Shown: positions 25,031 through 38,332, counted from the whole stretch's first letter. The stretch is 63,494 nucleotides of DNA, filler included, from Asterionella formosa (GCA_002256025.1; 26 parts of 26 records of this genome joined end to end with filler, not necessarily neighbours in it), one strand, 5' to 3'. The notes: generated from the letters alone by a model not told the origin. A program made the numbers and translations.

Positions 25031-27089
25031 GGTAGCTAAATTATTACATACTAGTGCCTACGAGGACAAAAAGAATTATGGCACGTTACTTTGTCTATGA
25101 CAAGAAAATTATTGGGTGTTTGGTTCCACCTCGAGAAAAATGTACAGGGGGGTCCAGCAACCATAGGGGGGGTCCAGGACAATGAAGTATACGGTAGTCG
25201 TGGTGTATGTCAAGAATGTAGCATCAATGGCTATAATGAGTCACAAGGATTGTGGACTCGACTGTAGTCCAATAGGTCAAATGGTGAGTTCCCATGTCAA
25301 GAAGCTTGCTAACGAGATTGATGGTTTAGATCAATCAGAAGAAGGTTTGCATCAACAAAAAGGGAACACGAAGAACAGGTTCTCAAAGCGTGATGAATGG
25401 GATTGAAACTTAGTTTTAGTTTAAGCTTGTAATTAAAAAACAGTGAGAATTGACAGAGTAAGGTCATCTATATCAAAAACTAGCATGGAGGCTAGCAGCA
25501 AAAGATAACTGTACTAGTAGTAAAACAGGTAAGACCTACATAAGAGTATACCCATCAGACAGGAAGGAGTACGTGACCTTTTAACAGTTGTAAGGTGCTG
25601 ATGATATTTGAGTGCTGGTATAGCCTCAGTCATTGATGAGGGAGAAGACAGTTCTAACTGGCTGAGCTCTGATAAAAATAAAATATTATATCATGTGGGT
25701 ATTATAAAACAAATTATTTTGGTGATTTGATACATAATATTGTTGTTGCTCTCTGATAGCAGAGATATTTTAGACTACACTTATCTGACATTAAATAAAT
25801 ATTNNNNNNNNNNNNNNNNNNNNNNNNNNNNNNNNNNNNNNNNNNNNTTAATTAATTAANNNNNNNNNNNNNNNNNNNNNNNNNNNNNNNNNNNNNNNNN
25901 NNNCATACAGTGCTCCTCTATAGGTATGGTTGTTTGTAATTTCTTTGCATGGTGCTTATCAGTAAACAGTATTGCTTGACAAATGCAGGTGAAAGGCTCT
26001 TCTGATAGCAAATGTAACCTGCCCTAGTTATTGTTGTCTATGTGAGCATACTGGTATACAGACGAGATCCACAGCATGCCTCTCAGACGCGATGTGGAAA
26101 CGGTACGTGGACCAGTAGATACCAGTAGTAGTATGCCTGATAATTGGTCTGAATTTCGAACTGATAGAAGTGGGTATGACCCTTGGATACACAATAGAAT
26201 AGCACTGAACCCATTCCCGGCATTACTTCAGCCAATAACGGGTAACCAACAACCACAGCTTCCCAGCGCTTCTGCCTGAAAAAAAATATTAATAGCAACC
26301 ATAATGTCCCGAGGCAATGATGTCATTGAAAATTAATATTTTCAATAATGAATTCCTCCCTCAAACCAGATTTCCAAATTATGCACAATCTAGATGTGGA
26401 TCGTTGCATAATTTCTTTTAGGAAGTGTATTGTCATCAAGAGAAATTACAAAGGATCGTTGAAGCGCCCATGATGCTTCATACGAACCCTTTGTAGTACG
26501 GAATCAATTCATTGTTTGCAGCAGTGCGTGCAGTAGATATGAGACCCTTCTTTGCAGATCATCGAGTCATTTTACTCATTTAAATGCGTGTCTTTGCTTT
26601 CCCTTTGTACCTCGTCTGCATAAGTCAACGGATCATGTTGTAATTGGTGTCCGCTGATTTTTGCTTTGTTGCATTTGCTGATTAGATGTATTATAGCAGT
26701 AGCATTGCCGTTGGTGACGAGGCAACATTTATTTGCCAGATGATAAGTCAATGTAAACGACATATTAGTACTTCAGCCAAACGACACATGAAGAAAATCA
26801 TTGCAATTGCAATTCACTGGAAGTTGTTATCACAAATAATAGAGGAGAATGCTGAACAAGACCCAGGCACTGTTTCCAAGAGTGATCCACAATGAACTGC
26901 ACCACCATGATTGCTCCGAATAATTAATAATTTTACACAAACCATAATTCCTTAACCAGATGCATATGTATATGTACTGCTACCATACCNNNNNNNNNNN
27001 NNNNNNNNNNNNNNNNNNNNNNNNNNNNNNNNNTTAATTAATTAANNNNNNNNNNNNNNNNNNNNNNNNNNNNNNNNNNNNNNNNNNNN

Positions 27090-28094
27090 CCCCTTGAATT
27101 CGAAGAGTGGGACGGCAGAACTCCCTTTTGGCATCACTGTGTGGCAGGTTCCTTGGCAGGCGTTGGTGAACATGTGCTTGTATATCCTCTGGATACGGTC
27201 AAGACTCATATTCAGTGCGCGGCGTGTATTCCTCGTGACAGCATTGTTTCAAAAGCCGCACCGAAACACTCGAATATGCCGCACGGTGGCATGTGGACCA
27301 CCATGCGACACATTGTCAGTCAGCCAAGCATTCGGGTCGGCCCCTCCTCCATGACTGCTGCTGCTGCTACTACTGCTCCTCCAAAAAATTTATTTAGATT
27401 GTGGCGAGGCATTCCGACCATTCTCGTGGGGTGTGTTCCTGCGCACGCTCTCTATTTCAGTGCCTACGAAGCTGTCAAATACTACGGAAAAAGACCCGAC
27501 GGCACTACCGCCCCTCTATGGGCAACTGCAGCCGGAGCGGCCGCAGTACTGGGACACGACATCATCATGACCCCCCTTGATACAATCAAACAACGCTTGC
27601 AACTAGGGCATTACTCTGGAATGAAGCAAGCCATTTCGGAGATGTATCAAAGGGAGCACGGTCTATTAGCCTTTTATCGATCGTTCCCCATTACTCTGGT
27701 GACAAATATTCCATATGGTATGGTCATGGTAGGTACCAATGAATTTCTAAAGGACCGCTTGCTAAATGGAGAATCTCCATCGCTTTCTGTCTGTCTCTTT
27801 GCCGCGAGTGTATCAGGCATGATGGCGGCTGCCACAACCACCCCTTTGGATCGCATCAAGACTGTCCTACAAACTCAACACTTGACAACTGCATGCACAT
27901 TGGGAGCATGCCCAAGAATTGGTGAGGGAGGAAGGCTGACCTTGAGACAAGCCATTGCAAAGATTGTCCAACAAGAGGGTATGGCAGGATTTTTCAAGGG
28001 AATGGCACCACGGGTGGCATCTCACACCCCAGCTGTTGCAATTAGTTGGACCACATATGAAACTGCCAAACAATGGTTATTATCTTATGAATAG
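27090..28094 (+). CDS. Mitochondrial carrier, mitoferrin/MRS3-4-like, 5' partial
   Basis: Three PxDxxKxx(Q) motifs; mitoferrin-typical AGVGEH..YPLD, PAHALYFSAYE and HDIIMTPLD. Confidence 0.92.
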   Translation, partial: PLEFEEWDGRTPFWHHCVAGSLAGVGEHVLVYPLDTVKTHIQCAACIPRDSIVSKAAPKHSNMPHGGMWTTMRHIVSQPSIRVGPSSMTAAAATTAPPKNLFRLWRGIPTILVGCVPAHALYFSAYEAVKYYGKRPDGTTAPLWATAAGAAAVLGHDIIMTPLDTIKQRLQLGHYSGMKQAISEMYQREHGLLAFYRSFPITLVTNIPYGMVMVGTNEFLKDRLLNGESPSLSVCLFAASVSGMMAAATTTPLDRIKTVLQTQHLTTACTLGACPRIGEGGRLTLRQAIAKIVQQEGMAGFFKGMAPRVASHTPAVAISWTTYETAKQWLLSYE

Positions 28095-28309
28095 GGGATA
28101 GGTATGGATGATGCACAAGTTTTAATTGGTTATGATGATTTTGAATTGGTGCCATGGGACCAGACTAACAAGCTGNNNNNNNNNNNNNNNNNNNNNNNNN
28201 NNNNNNNNNNNNNNNNNNNTTAATTAATTAANNNNNNNNNNNNNNNNNNNNNNNNNNNNNNNNNNNNNNNNNNNNCGTCCACTTTAAGGCCACAGGCTAC
28301 TCAGGAACG

Positions 28310-29361
28310 ATGGGAAGTGACGAAGACACGTCAGTGAGGTTGCCGACATTCGATGGGCAAGATGCTAAATGGCACATGTGGAAAGCGAAGTTTCTCGCAT
28401 ACGCGTGCTACAAGAACTTTCAAGAAATACTTAACGGTGACGAACTACCAAGAGGAGAGAAAGACCTAAAGGGCGATACGATCGTGTTGTCGGATGCTGA
28501 CGAGAGACGCATCCGAAGGAGCAACACAGTTGCTTACGCAAGTCTGATAATGGCATGCCAGAGTGGGCCATTCGGACACGTAAATAATGCAAGAAGTGCC
28601 GAGTTTCCTAACGGCAATGCTAAAGAAGCATGGGACAAGCTCATTTCTACGTATGAGTCAGGCAACATGGCGAATGTCATTGCCTTGTCCCACCAATGGA
28701 TGAAGTGCACTCTAGGGGAAAACGAGAACCCCGACAGCTGGTATGTGGAGTTGGATCGAATCCGGGAACGATTGGGCAATACGAGCTCCGCCGTTTCGGA
28801 TGGTGCCTATGTGGCACACATGATCAACAACCTACCTGAAAGCTACAAGAGTTTGGTAGTAGGAAGGTTCGGCCTGGCGCGCAACACGCTAACGGTCGAA
28901 GAGATTAAGACAGACATCCGGGACTACTACGATCTATATGTCCGGGATGACGTCAAAACGACTGACAAGAACAAGAGTGAACAGGCCTTCTACACGAAAG
29001 GGAAGTTCAAAGGTGACTGTCGTAAGTGTGGCAAGTATGGCCACAAGGCGGCTGAATGTCGCAGCAAGGGCAATAGTGCCGAAAAGAAGGAGCTCACTCC
29101 TGAGCAGAAAGAAAAGAGGAAAACGATCAAGTGTTTCAAGTGCCAACGCATGGGACACTACGCAAGTGAGTGCACTAGTAACAGTGCATCTAAGAATAAT
29201 AGAAACGAAGAGAACAACACGACTACCGGTACATCTACCCAGCAGCAAGGAATGTTCGTCGACACGTGCGTCGAAATTAGTTACAACGAGGAAGTCAACC
29301 TCGCTCGTGACGTCAGAAATCGCTGGTTGTTAGACAGCGGTGCTACTGTTCACATCTGCAC
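28310..29361 (+). mobile_element. Ty1/Copia (CoDi-like) gag-protease fragment
   Basis: Gag with two CCHC knuckles (CRKCGKYGHKAAEC, CFKCQRMGHYASEC), then WLLDSGATVHIC. Confidence 0.93.
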
Positions 29362-29461
29362 NNNNNNNNNNNNNNNNNNNNNNNNNNNNNNNNNNNNNNN
29401 NNNNNTTAATTAATTAANNNNNNNNNNNNNNNNNNNNNNNNNNNNNNNNNNNNNNNNNNNN

Positions 29462-30327
29462 TGCTAAGGATTGTCCTGAAGAAAAGAAAACAAAGGAAAA
29501 GAAAGAAACTGGAATGTTTGTTGGTATTGTTGAAACGATCGAAATCCATGATGAAAAGTCTGATACAGATGATGATTTTGAAATAATTAACTTGACTACA
29601 AACAACAAGACGTTTTTTGACTATGAATATGTTGAAGACACAAAGGTCTACATTACATGCGAAGAAACAGAATATGCATTTATTGGAGTGACGATTGAAA
29701 TTGAGGATGAAGAGATCAATCAAGCACACCATGCAAGCATCAAAAACAGTGAGAGTAAAATTTGTGCATCAATCGAGGAAAATGAACGTTGGTTAGCTGA
29801 TACAGGCGCAACCAGTCATATTACTATGTGCAATAAGTATATGACAAATGTGAAAGCAGTAAATGTACGCGTTGTTGTAGGCGATGGTAAAGAAGTCATT
29901 TGCAAGGAACGCGGAGATGTCTGCGTGCGAAACAAAGTGACCCCCAATGAGACACTCTTGCTTAAGAATGTCCTTTATACACCTACCTTTCATAAAAATA
30001 TTATCAGCATTGGCACTTTTGTACGTGATGGTAAATACGAACTTGGTATGAAGCACAACAAAATGACTCTGACAAAAGCGGGGAAAACTGAGACGCTAGA
30101 TTTCAAACGTGATCATTCAGATGTTTTGTACTATGTATTTCCAAGGAACTCGTGGAATTTACCCAGGTGGGAGTGATATCTTATCTGCAGAGGTCATCAC
30201 AACGAAATTGACCAGTATGGACATTAATGAAGCTCACGCTAAATACGGACATATTGGGGAAGCGGCATTGCGGGCTACTATGAAATCGCTTGGTATCAAA
30301 ATGACAGGTGTGATGTATAGATGCTAG
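29462..30327 (+). mobile_element. Ty1/Copia pol fragment (protease + GAG-pre-integrase), frameshifted and truncated
   Basis: WLADTGATSHIT, LKNVLYTP and DINEAHAKYGHIGEAALRAT; homologous to 55307-56391. Confidence 0.9.
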
Positions 30328-32988
30328 TTTAGGACGTGATTTACTTCGTCAAGTTAGTTTAACCATGATTTCGTGAATAACACCACGTCATGTATGGATA
30401 TGATTGTTCCTACCATGCATCCTCTCACATTCTTTGATGATGGAGAACATTTACGTGATGTATTATTGTATTTTGATGCAACTATGATTATGGAATCTTC
30501 ATAGCTGCTGAATATAATTACGTAAATATTGATACAGTGACATAAACAAATGCANNNNNNNNNNNNNNNNNNNNNNNNNNNNNNNNNNNNNNNNNNNNTT
30601 AATTAATTAANNNNNNNNNNNNNNNNNNNNNNNNNNNNNNNNNNNNNNNNNNNNCTCATCACTCCGATTTTTGCAACAACAACGAAATACTAGCGATGAC
30701 AAGCGGAATGAATGTTTGCGATAACGTCTTCAATTTGTTGGTCAAGTGATCTTTATATCTTCGAGTAATCGTCATGTGCAGTGTACCTTTGTTCATTATC
30801 ATTCAATTAAGAGTGTACAGGAGAGAAGAAATCATAAGATTTCGAACTCGTAATGGTTCCGCACACAGCGCACAAAGTATATCCGTTTCGTCCACTTCAG
30901 CATGACAATCTCGCCAATCAACCCGTAAACAAACACATTCTACTTGTTCTCCTTGACATTTTCAATTCTCACATGATACTACATCTACTATTGAGATTCA
31001 GCATAGAAGGAGATACGAAAATGTGCGTAACAGAATACTGTCTACATAGCTATAGTTATAGAATTATTCTGATTAGAATGCATATCATTTTCATATTGCT
31101 CACTCGTTTCTGCATTTGGTATACTGTACTTGAATTAACTATTGAACTTGTCAGCATCTTTGATACCATCAAGAGAGCGAGAGCAAGTGGCTCTTTTCAT
31201 TGTTGTTTGCTCGTAGGAAGAATTTGATATCTGTATCGTCATTTGCTTGTTGGAATTGTCCGTTGCCTCAAACTTGCTTGGTGTGTGTGTGTGCACACAC
31301 TGTCGACTTGTTTTCAATGGTATGTTGTTCTTGTATTCACTGTTGAATTTGTCCGCATCTTTGTTAACATCAATAGAGCGACAAGTGGGTTTCTTCATTG
31401 TTATTTGCTCCTGAAAAAGTCGGTGTCCGTGTCATCCTCATCAATAGAGAGACAAGTTCTTTCGTTGGAAAAATTGGTACCGTATCATCATTCGCTCGTT
31501 CGAACCACTGTCCGTTTCCTCAAACCTGATTAGCGTTTGAGTACCGGTACCCGGAATGTGCACTGTCGACTTTAGTACATTACAGGCGGAGTGACTTCGC
31601 TACTAAATTGCGTGATATAATAATATACCCTGTAGCACGATGCAGAATACAGTTGCTTCCCAATCATCTCATCATGATTGATAAGATGATAATGTGATAT
31701 CATGATAGGGTTACATCGATGCATACATCACCAAAGTATGATACGTNNNNNNNNNNNNNNNNNNNNNNNNNNNNNNNNNNNNNNNNNNNNTTAATTAATT
31801 AANNNNNNNNNNNNNNNNNNNNNNNNNNNNNNNNNNNNNNNNNNNNTCAAAGTCCACCCACGGCTGCTCTTCCGACAGAGAATTCGCGTTCTTCTCTAGG
31901 CATGTCGTTGATCATGTAATCAATGGGATCAAAGTTGTTGACAACAAGACAGCAGCATCGCTCAAATTGCGGGAAAAACTAACTAATTCCCAAATAGGAA
32001 TGATAATATTTCATTTATAAAAGTAGTCTAATAGAAATATTTTACTTTTTTTATAATGGTTTTGTCATCCTACGTCACAGTAGATGGGTGGTTGACAGCA
32101 TTTAGGATTTCCCAAAAACCGATAGCATCGTTTTTTCGTCAGTTGACCAAAACCAAAACCAATCCAAAAAAAAGTTTTTGGGTTTTCGTTTTGGTCCACC
32201 GTTAGCAACGGCCTGATTCCCTCCTGTCATTCGTGTGGTGTATGCACCAGGTACCGGTATTTTGTTGGCCTGTCTGCGTTGTTTACGACGACCAAATGCA
32301 TGATAGCTAGGTTGCTTGCAGACCGATATGTAATTTTTGGCTCTGGTTCTAATAGGACAGTACTGGTACTATGTACTGTTACTTTGACTGAAGTTAGCTT
32401 CAACTCACGTCTTAAAAGTTAGCTGGTATGTGCTGCTCTGGAAGGTCCGGTCAGAACAGACGGTTTGGGTTTGTATGATATACCGGTACCCGGTATTCGG
32501 AAAATGGACCCTCTTGTCGTAAAAAGTCTACACCGTCGACAGCACATATTTTATATATGTACAACCGGTAGATTGAATTTTGCAGCCCTCCCTCCCAAGC
32601 TCTTACGGTCTGATGTTGCAGATCATTATCGATTTCTTTTTCGTCCGTTTTCTCTGACGCCTTGCATGCCGTCGCTAGGGGGTGGGTTCCGATTTGTTGA
32701 CACCACCTACACAAGGAACAGTGGGAGAAAGAAATTAGCCCGTCAACATATATCGACGAGCCTTGTACTGAATCTTGTACCCGGTATGTATGGAGAAGTT
32801 AAAACGCGAAGCATCGATGAAAATGCTGTCGAGAACTCCGAAAGAAGCATCACGCGGAAGTCGTCATCAGCAGTTTATCATAGCAACATCACAGCGACGC
32901 GTCAAAAGATCCCATATTTTATTCAAATTGATTCCATTTATTGATATTCGCACTGACTGTCATCAATTCAACGATTCTCGTCAACGTC

Positions 32989-35334
32989 ATGATTGCGTCC
33001 AGCAGAATTATGCTTCGAACGGCTACGGCCATGGGAGGCAACATGGCACTTCTTGCCTTGACAGCCCGCGCCGTGGGGAGTTTTCCCGTAGCAGCCAAGT
33101 TGCAGGTACGTGTCAAGTGGTGCTGGAATGGGTGATATTTTGAGCCAACCATTGCGACGTTGGCATTGGACGGCAGGCAGAGGTGGGAGCTTGCAAGTGC
33201 GGTCTCGGAACTTGAGTAACGCTTGCTTTGCCTCGCGCTTGGAGCTGTGGAAGCGCCCCCGAGGACGTTGCGCCTTATGAAAGCGCTCCACGAACCGATT
33301 TTGTTGGGGTTTTTCCGTCGGTAGTGTCATACATTGGTCGTGCGCCTTCCCGTTGTCGTTAACGCCTTACTGTATGTTTGCTCACTAATTCCCCTCGCTA
33401 TTCCCAGTCACACTCGGCTCAGATTTGTCGCTTCAAGTCCTCTGTCCCTCAAGAACCTCACAATCCTAGAGATGACTACCATGTCGCTCGAACATTCGGG
33501 GGGACGGATGCCTGTCGAAAGGCTGGCATCTCTGGCTTGGGAATCACGGGTCCTTCGATCGTTTACAAGAACCTGTCTTTTCAGGAACTCTTTGATCACG
33601 AAGTGAAAAACAAGGAAGGAGTCGTCGCGGCTGCTGAGTACGGCGATACCTTTGTCATTGACACGGGAAAGTTCACTGGAAGGTCGCCCAAGGACAAGTG
33701 GTTTGTCAAGAATATTGGATCCGAGAGTGATGCTCATCTCGATTGGGGTACCGTCAACCAAGCGACGACTCCAGAGGTTTACGAAGAACTATACAACAAG
33801 GCAATCGCTCATTTCAACACGCGAGAGACGGCCTACGTGTTTGATGGTTTTTGTGGAGCGTCACCCAAATCGAAACGGAAGATTCGATTCGTTCATGAAA
33901 TGGCATGGCAACAACATTTTGTGACAAACATGTTCATTCGAGCTGCCGATGAAACCGAGTTAGAAAACTTTGAACCGGACTTTACAGTTATCAATTGCTG
34001 CTCTCAGGTCGACAGTGACTTTGAAAGACATGGACTGCACAGTGATACAGTAGTTGCCTTCAACATTGAGAAAAAGACGGCTGTGATCTTTGGAACTTGG
34101 TACGGTGGTGAAAACAAGAAAGGTATATTCTCGTTGATGAACTACTGGCTTCCATTGGATGGCAACCTTCCAATGCATTGCTCAGCCAATGTTGGCAAGG
34201 ATGGTGATTCAGCACTTTTCTTTGGATTATCTGGAACTGGGTAAGTTTAATGTTTGGTCGGAAGCAATCGATACAATTGTTTCATGCACGTTTGAATTAA
34301 ACGGAAGAGTTCAATCCATCGCCCAATCACTAACAACTGTCGCTTCTTCTCTCTTTTTGTTTTCAAGAAAGACCACCCTTTCAGCAGATCCTCACCGTGC
34401 CTTGATTGGTGATGACGAGCATGGGTGGGACGAGGATGGTATTTTCAACTTTGAAGGAGGTTGCTATGCCAAAACAATTAATTTGACGGAAAACACTGAA
34501 CCAGACATTTATAGAGCCATTAGGACGGATGCCATGTTGGAAAATGTGGCCTTGGTCGAAGGTGACGACAATAAGTTGATTCCTGATTACTTCAATACTT
34601 CCAAGACTGAGAATGGACGTGTGTCTTATCCTATCTTTCATATTCCAAACTATGTGAGTGCTCGTATCTGAAACTAAAGTGGCTGATGTATAATGTCAAA
34701 CTTTCTCATGACATTTACTGTCTTCTCATAATAGCACAAGCCTCAAATGGCTGATCATCCAAAAAATATCATCTTTCTGACTTGTGATGCATTTGGGGTA
34801 TTCCCCCCTGTAGCTCGTCTGTCAAATGAGCAAGCAATGTATCACTTTATTAGCGGCTACACTGCCAAGGTTGCTGGAACAGAACGCGGAATTACAGAAC
34901 CTACGGCTACCTTCAGCGCTTGCTTCGGAGCAGCCTTCATGACACACCATCCGACTCGGTATGCTGATTTACTTCAACAAAAACTTGAAGAGCACAAAAC
35001 ATCTGCCTACTTGGTGAACTCAGGATGGGCAGGTGGACCATATGGAATAGGTCACCGGATGTCGATTTCCACTACCCGGGCATGTATTGATTCCATTTTG
35101 GATGGATCAATTGCTGATGCTGACTTTGTCAAGGACCCTGTGTTTGGTTTTGAAGTTCCCAAGGCATTGGAGGGCGTTGACTCAACTGTTCTTGATCCCA
35201 GGACTGCCTGGCCGGATCCAATTAAGTACGACGAAACGCGGAAGAAATTAGCAAATATGTACGTGAAGAATTTTGAAAAGTTCGCAGGCAGGGGAACAGT
35301 AGACTACACTCAGTATGGGCCAAAGCTGGAATGA
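32989..35334 (+). CDS. PCK1: Phosphoenolpyruvate carboxykinase (ATP), probably mitochondrial; exons 32989-33105, 33423-34240, 34368-34653, 34735-35334
   Basis: [46 protein letters not shown] and ENGR; three GT-AG introns restore one frame. The exon-2 acceptor could alternatively be at 33407. Confidence 0.96.
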
Positions 35335-35898
35335 ACGAAAAGTGAATTTTACACTTTAAAATATGCACAATAGGTAAAAAACAATGAAAAATCCGTTTGC
35401 CTGATTCAATTTACTGTTAAAGTATCTTCGAGTGAAGAAACAACTGTTCAAATGGACACCGTTTCAGGAAATTATTTATATGAACTAGCAGTAGTCATAA
35501 ATCATCATTTTTTTCTGATTATTCTTATACAAGGATCATACAGCTAATTTGAGGCAGACAATCTTTCCAGAGCGACTATTTACCAGGTAAATTACCTCAT
35601 CCACTGGTGGCTCAAAGCCATTGCGATTTACTGGACTTGAGGTATCCTGTGAGATTACTTGCAAGTACATGCACTTACATGGACAATGAAATCTAACAAG
35701 CAACCAAAGAAAACATTCATAACACCGGAGTATTACCTTACGCTGTTAAAAAGGGTACCAGGTACCAGTAATCACTTATAATGTGCTTTCTAAGACTACT
35801 TGTACTAAGTCTGTCTTGGCTACCTAAATCCCACCAATAGGTTTACTGCTTTATTTTTATGATAAATCTGTAATGGTGCAGTAGCCTTCGTTTGAGGC

Positions 35899-37536
35899 CT
35901 AGATGGACTTCTCTGCAGAACTTGGTTGGCACGAACTGCTTTTTACATTGACAGCAAGAACAATTGTTAACAATTGTCGCATCATAACATCGTAGACTTC
36001 GAACCCTGGATGGACCAAATGACCTAAAACACTTGTTGGACCCCCATTTTTTTCTCTGTCATCCGGTCGTGCCAATGTCAACCAGTACTCGTCCACGATA
36101 TGGATTGACTTGAACTTGCTTGATATTTCACTAAAGGCAATGTTGTTGAAATGGGCAGCCATGTGGCTGGTGAGTGGCAAACGTTGCCGCTGAGTTTGTT
36201 CGTTATCGTTGAGTGGCCAACTGAAGCCCCAATTCCCCCATCTTGGCCAAAGAGCATGTGTAGAAGCGAGCACCTTTATTTTGGCTGGATGGGCATCCAC
36301 AATCTCAACTAAGCGTTGGAATCGAGTTTTGTACAAACTACTGCAGCTGAAGGTGCGATTGGTAGGGAAACCAAGTTTTTTCCATTCTTCCTTATGAATT
36401 TGCGAGCAACCAAAAATCTCATGGGCTCCACTGTTGAAGAAAATGCATGTCTTTTCAGGATTTGAGATTTTGACGAGATTCAATGCCTTTTTTATAGCAG
36501 GAAGAGCCACTCCAAGTCCTCCTCCACCCCTATAATATACAGGGATAAAACTGATTGTGATGTTGGCTCCACCTTGGATTCGCTCTAGAAGTGCTGTGTG
36601 CTTTCCCATCATGACAGAATCGCCAATAAAAATGAAATGAAGATCCCGGAAACAAGGTGATGTTGCATCCTTCACCAACTCACATGTTGTTGGTTTAAGG
36701 TCCATGAATATGCCTATAGAATTGATGTTTCTCACATATCCATGAAATGACATTTTTTCTTGACTGGAGTAGCTTATGTTTCTTTTCGCAATGTCCTTAT
36801 TCACATTCACTTTGTCTGTTACAACCCAACGACTTTTGTAGTATCCCTCATTCATGTCATGTACTGTCATTTCCTCAACAGTACATGGTGCCATTTGTTT
36901 GTTTGTTGAAACCTCATCATCCACAGCCATCAGTTGAAAGGGTGTCCCTGGTAGCAGATACCCTTCGTATCCAGGTGTTTCATCTGAGTTTGGGTAACTC
37001 GCCAAAGGCGGAGCATTCGAAAATTCCAGAACCACTTCGACCCAATACACCCCGGGATCTCGAATCATGAGCGAAACAGAGTGCTCCGAAGACCTCGATT
37101 TTTTCGATGGTGGCTCTACAATAGCTGAAATGACCGACGGTCCATACGCTCGAACGTAAAATTTGGGATTTTGGTCCCTACATGTGGTATGCTGACAGGA
37201 AATGGCGAATTTCCACAGCTTGTTGATTTGTGCTGTGGCCGCCTTGGAGTACGAGACTTGATAGAACGGGGCGCTCGTGTAGGTTGGACGAACCCAGCCT
37301 GTGTAACCTGGAAGTTCGCCGGGAACAATCGCGACGGACTGGGATGTCGATTTGGCACTGTCAAGTGCATCCGCAGCACTAGTTGTGTCGACACGGAATG
37401 TTACGACCCTAAATTGATACATGGTAGTTGTTACAGCAACGGCAAGTGTGAAAAGTAAACATCTCCTGCTCAATAAACGTTTACTTGACTGGTCGAGCAT
37501 CGCTTTCGTGGAACAACGGCAATCATTGTTCGTCAT
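35899..37536 (-). CDS. Type II membrane protein with Ig/filamin-like region and SGNH/PC-esterase-like domain
   Basis: 545-aa ORF; N-terminal TM; DPGVYWVEV; FIGDS, NSGAH, DEYWLTLARPD and HLVHPG. Confidence 0.65.
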   Translation of the reverse strand: MTNNDCRCSTKAMLDQSSKRLLSRRCLLFTLAVAVTTTMYQFRVVTFRVDTTSAADALDSAKSTSQSVAIVPGELPGYTGWVRPTYTSAPFYQVSYSKAATAQINKLWKFAISCQHTTCRDQNPKFYVRAYGPSVISAIVEPPSKKSRSSEHSVSLMIRDPGVYWVEVVLEFSNAPPLASYPNSDETPGYEGYLLPGTPFQLMAVDDEVSTNKQMAPCTVEEMTVHDMNEGYYKSRWVVTDKVNVNKDIAKRNISYSSQEKMSFHGYVRNINSIGIFMDLKPTTCELVKDATSPCFRDLHFIFIGDSVMMGKHTALLERIQGGANITISFIPVYYRGGGGLGVALPAIKKALNLVKISNPEKTCIFFNSGAHEIFGCSQIHKEEWKKLGFPTNRTFSCSSLYKTRFQRLVEIVDAHPAKIKVLASTHALWPRWGNWGFSWPLNDNEQTQRQRLPLTSHMAAHFNNIAFSEISSKFKSIHIVDEYWLTLARPDDREKNGGPTSVLGHLVHPGFEVYDVMMRQLLTIVLAVNVKSSSCQPSSAEKSI

Positions 37537-38332
37537 TCAGACACGAATTTGAAAATCGTAATTCTGATTCGCCGCTGTGAGTGGCCAAGTGGCCTGCTCC
37601 TTGTCACACTCCTTCCTCGGATACGCCTCTTTCCGGTACACAATACAAATAGTCAGAGGCAGGCCGAGATGGAGGAGGGAATCTATTTGTTGATGCAAGT
37701 GGAGGACTGCAAACTGTGGGAGAGGGCAGAAAAGTAATGGATGTAAGAAAATGATCAATATAAAAATACCTTATGTTTGTAATCATACATTTGTCAGTTG
37801 GACTACCAGTGGTACACGTACATGTACATTTTTATGGCTATGTGCCAGGTACGACATACGCACCCGTAGGTAGGCAACCCTGAATTTTTATATATATATA
37901 TAATATATTTTAACTTGTAATTCTAATTATTGGCCGCTATGAATAACAAGAAGCAATTATTTGTCCGCGTGGGAGTACTATAAGTAATGAATGATAGCAG
38001 TAAGAAATACCGGTATGATATGTTCGGGTTGTTCATACGACATATCTAAAGGGATTTTATATTTGTTCTTCATATGTATAACAGTATTTATGAGACTAGG
38101 TATTAATCGGCATACGTGGCACGTGTGTCCTAATATTGCCCCTACCTTTCTACAACCGAAACAATTAATAATTGTTAAGAACGCTGATTTGAGGATGACG
38201 CCATGATCACAGCCATGAGGCATGGCTCGGGTGGGTATTTAACATTTTGGAATCGTTCGTTGCCTGTATTGTTGGTCACTGTCACCCTTGTCCATTTCTC
38301 ATTGCTTCTTGCCATACCTGTTTCTGTCCACA

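Noticed and set aside
26300..26900. Possible MULE transposase remnant on the minus strand
   Set aside because: Only a vague PGS..D..F similarity with many stops; not supportable.
28176..30554. One continuous Copia element across two contigs
   Set aside because: Separated by a linker; both carry the protease motif and they differ in composition.
32968..33330. 120-aa minus-strand ORF overlapping the PEPCK 5' end
   Set aside because: Overlaps PEPCK exon 1 and intron 1 in antisense, with no domain features.
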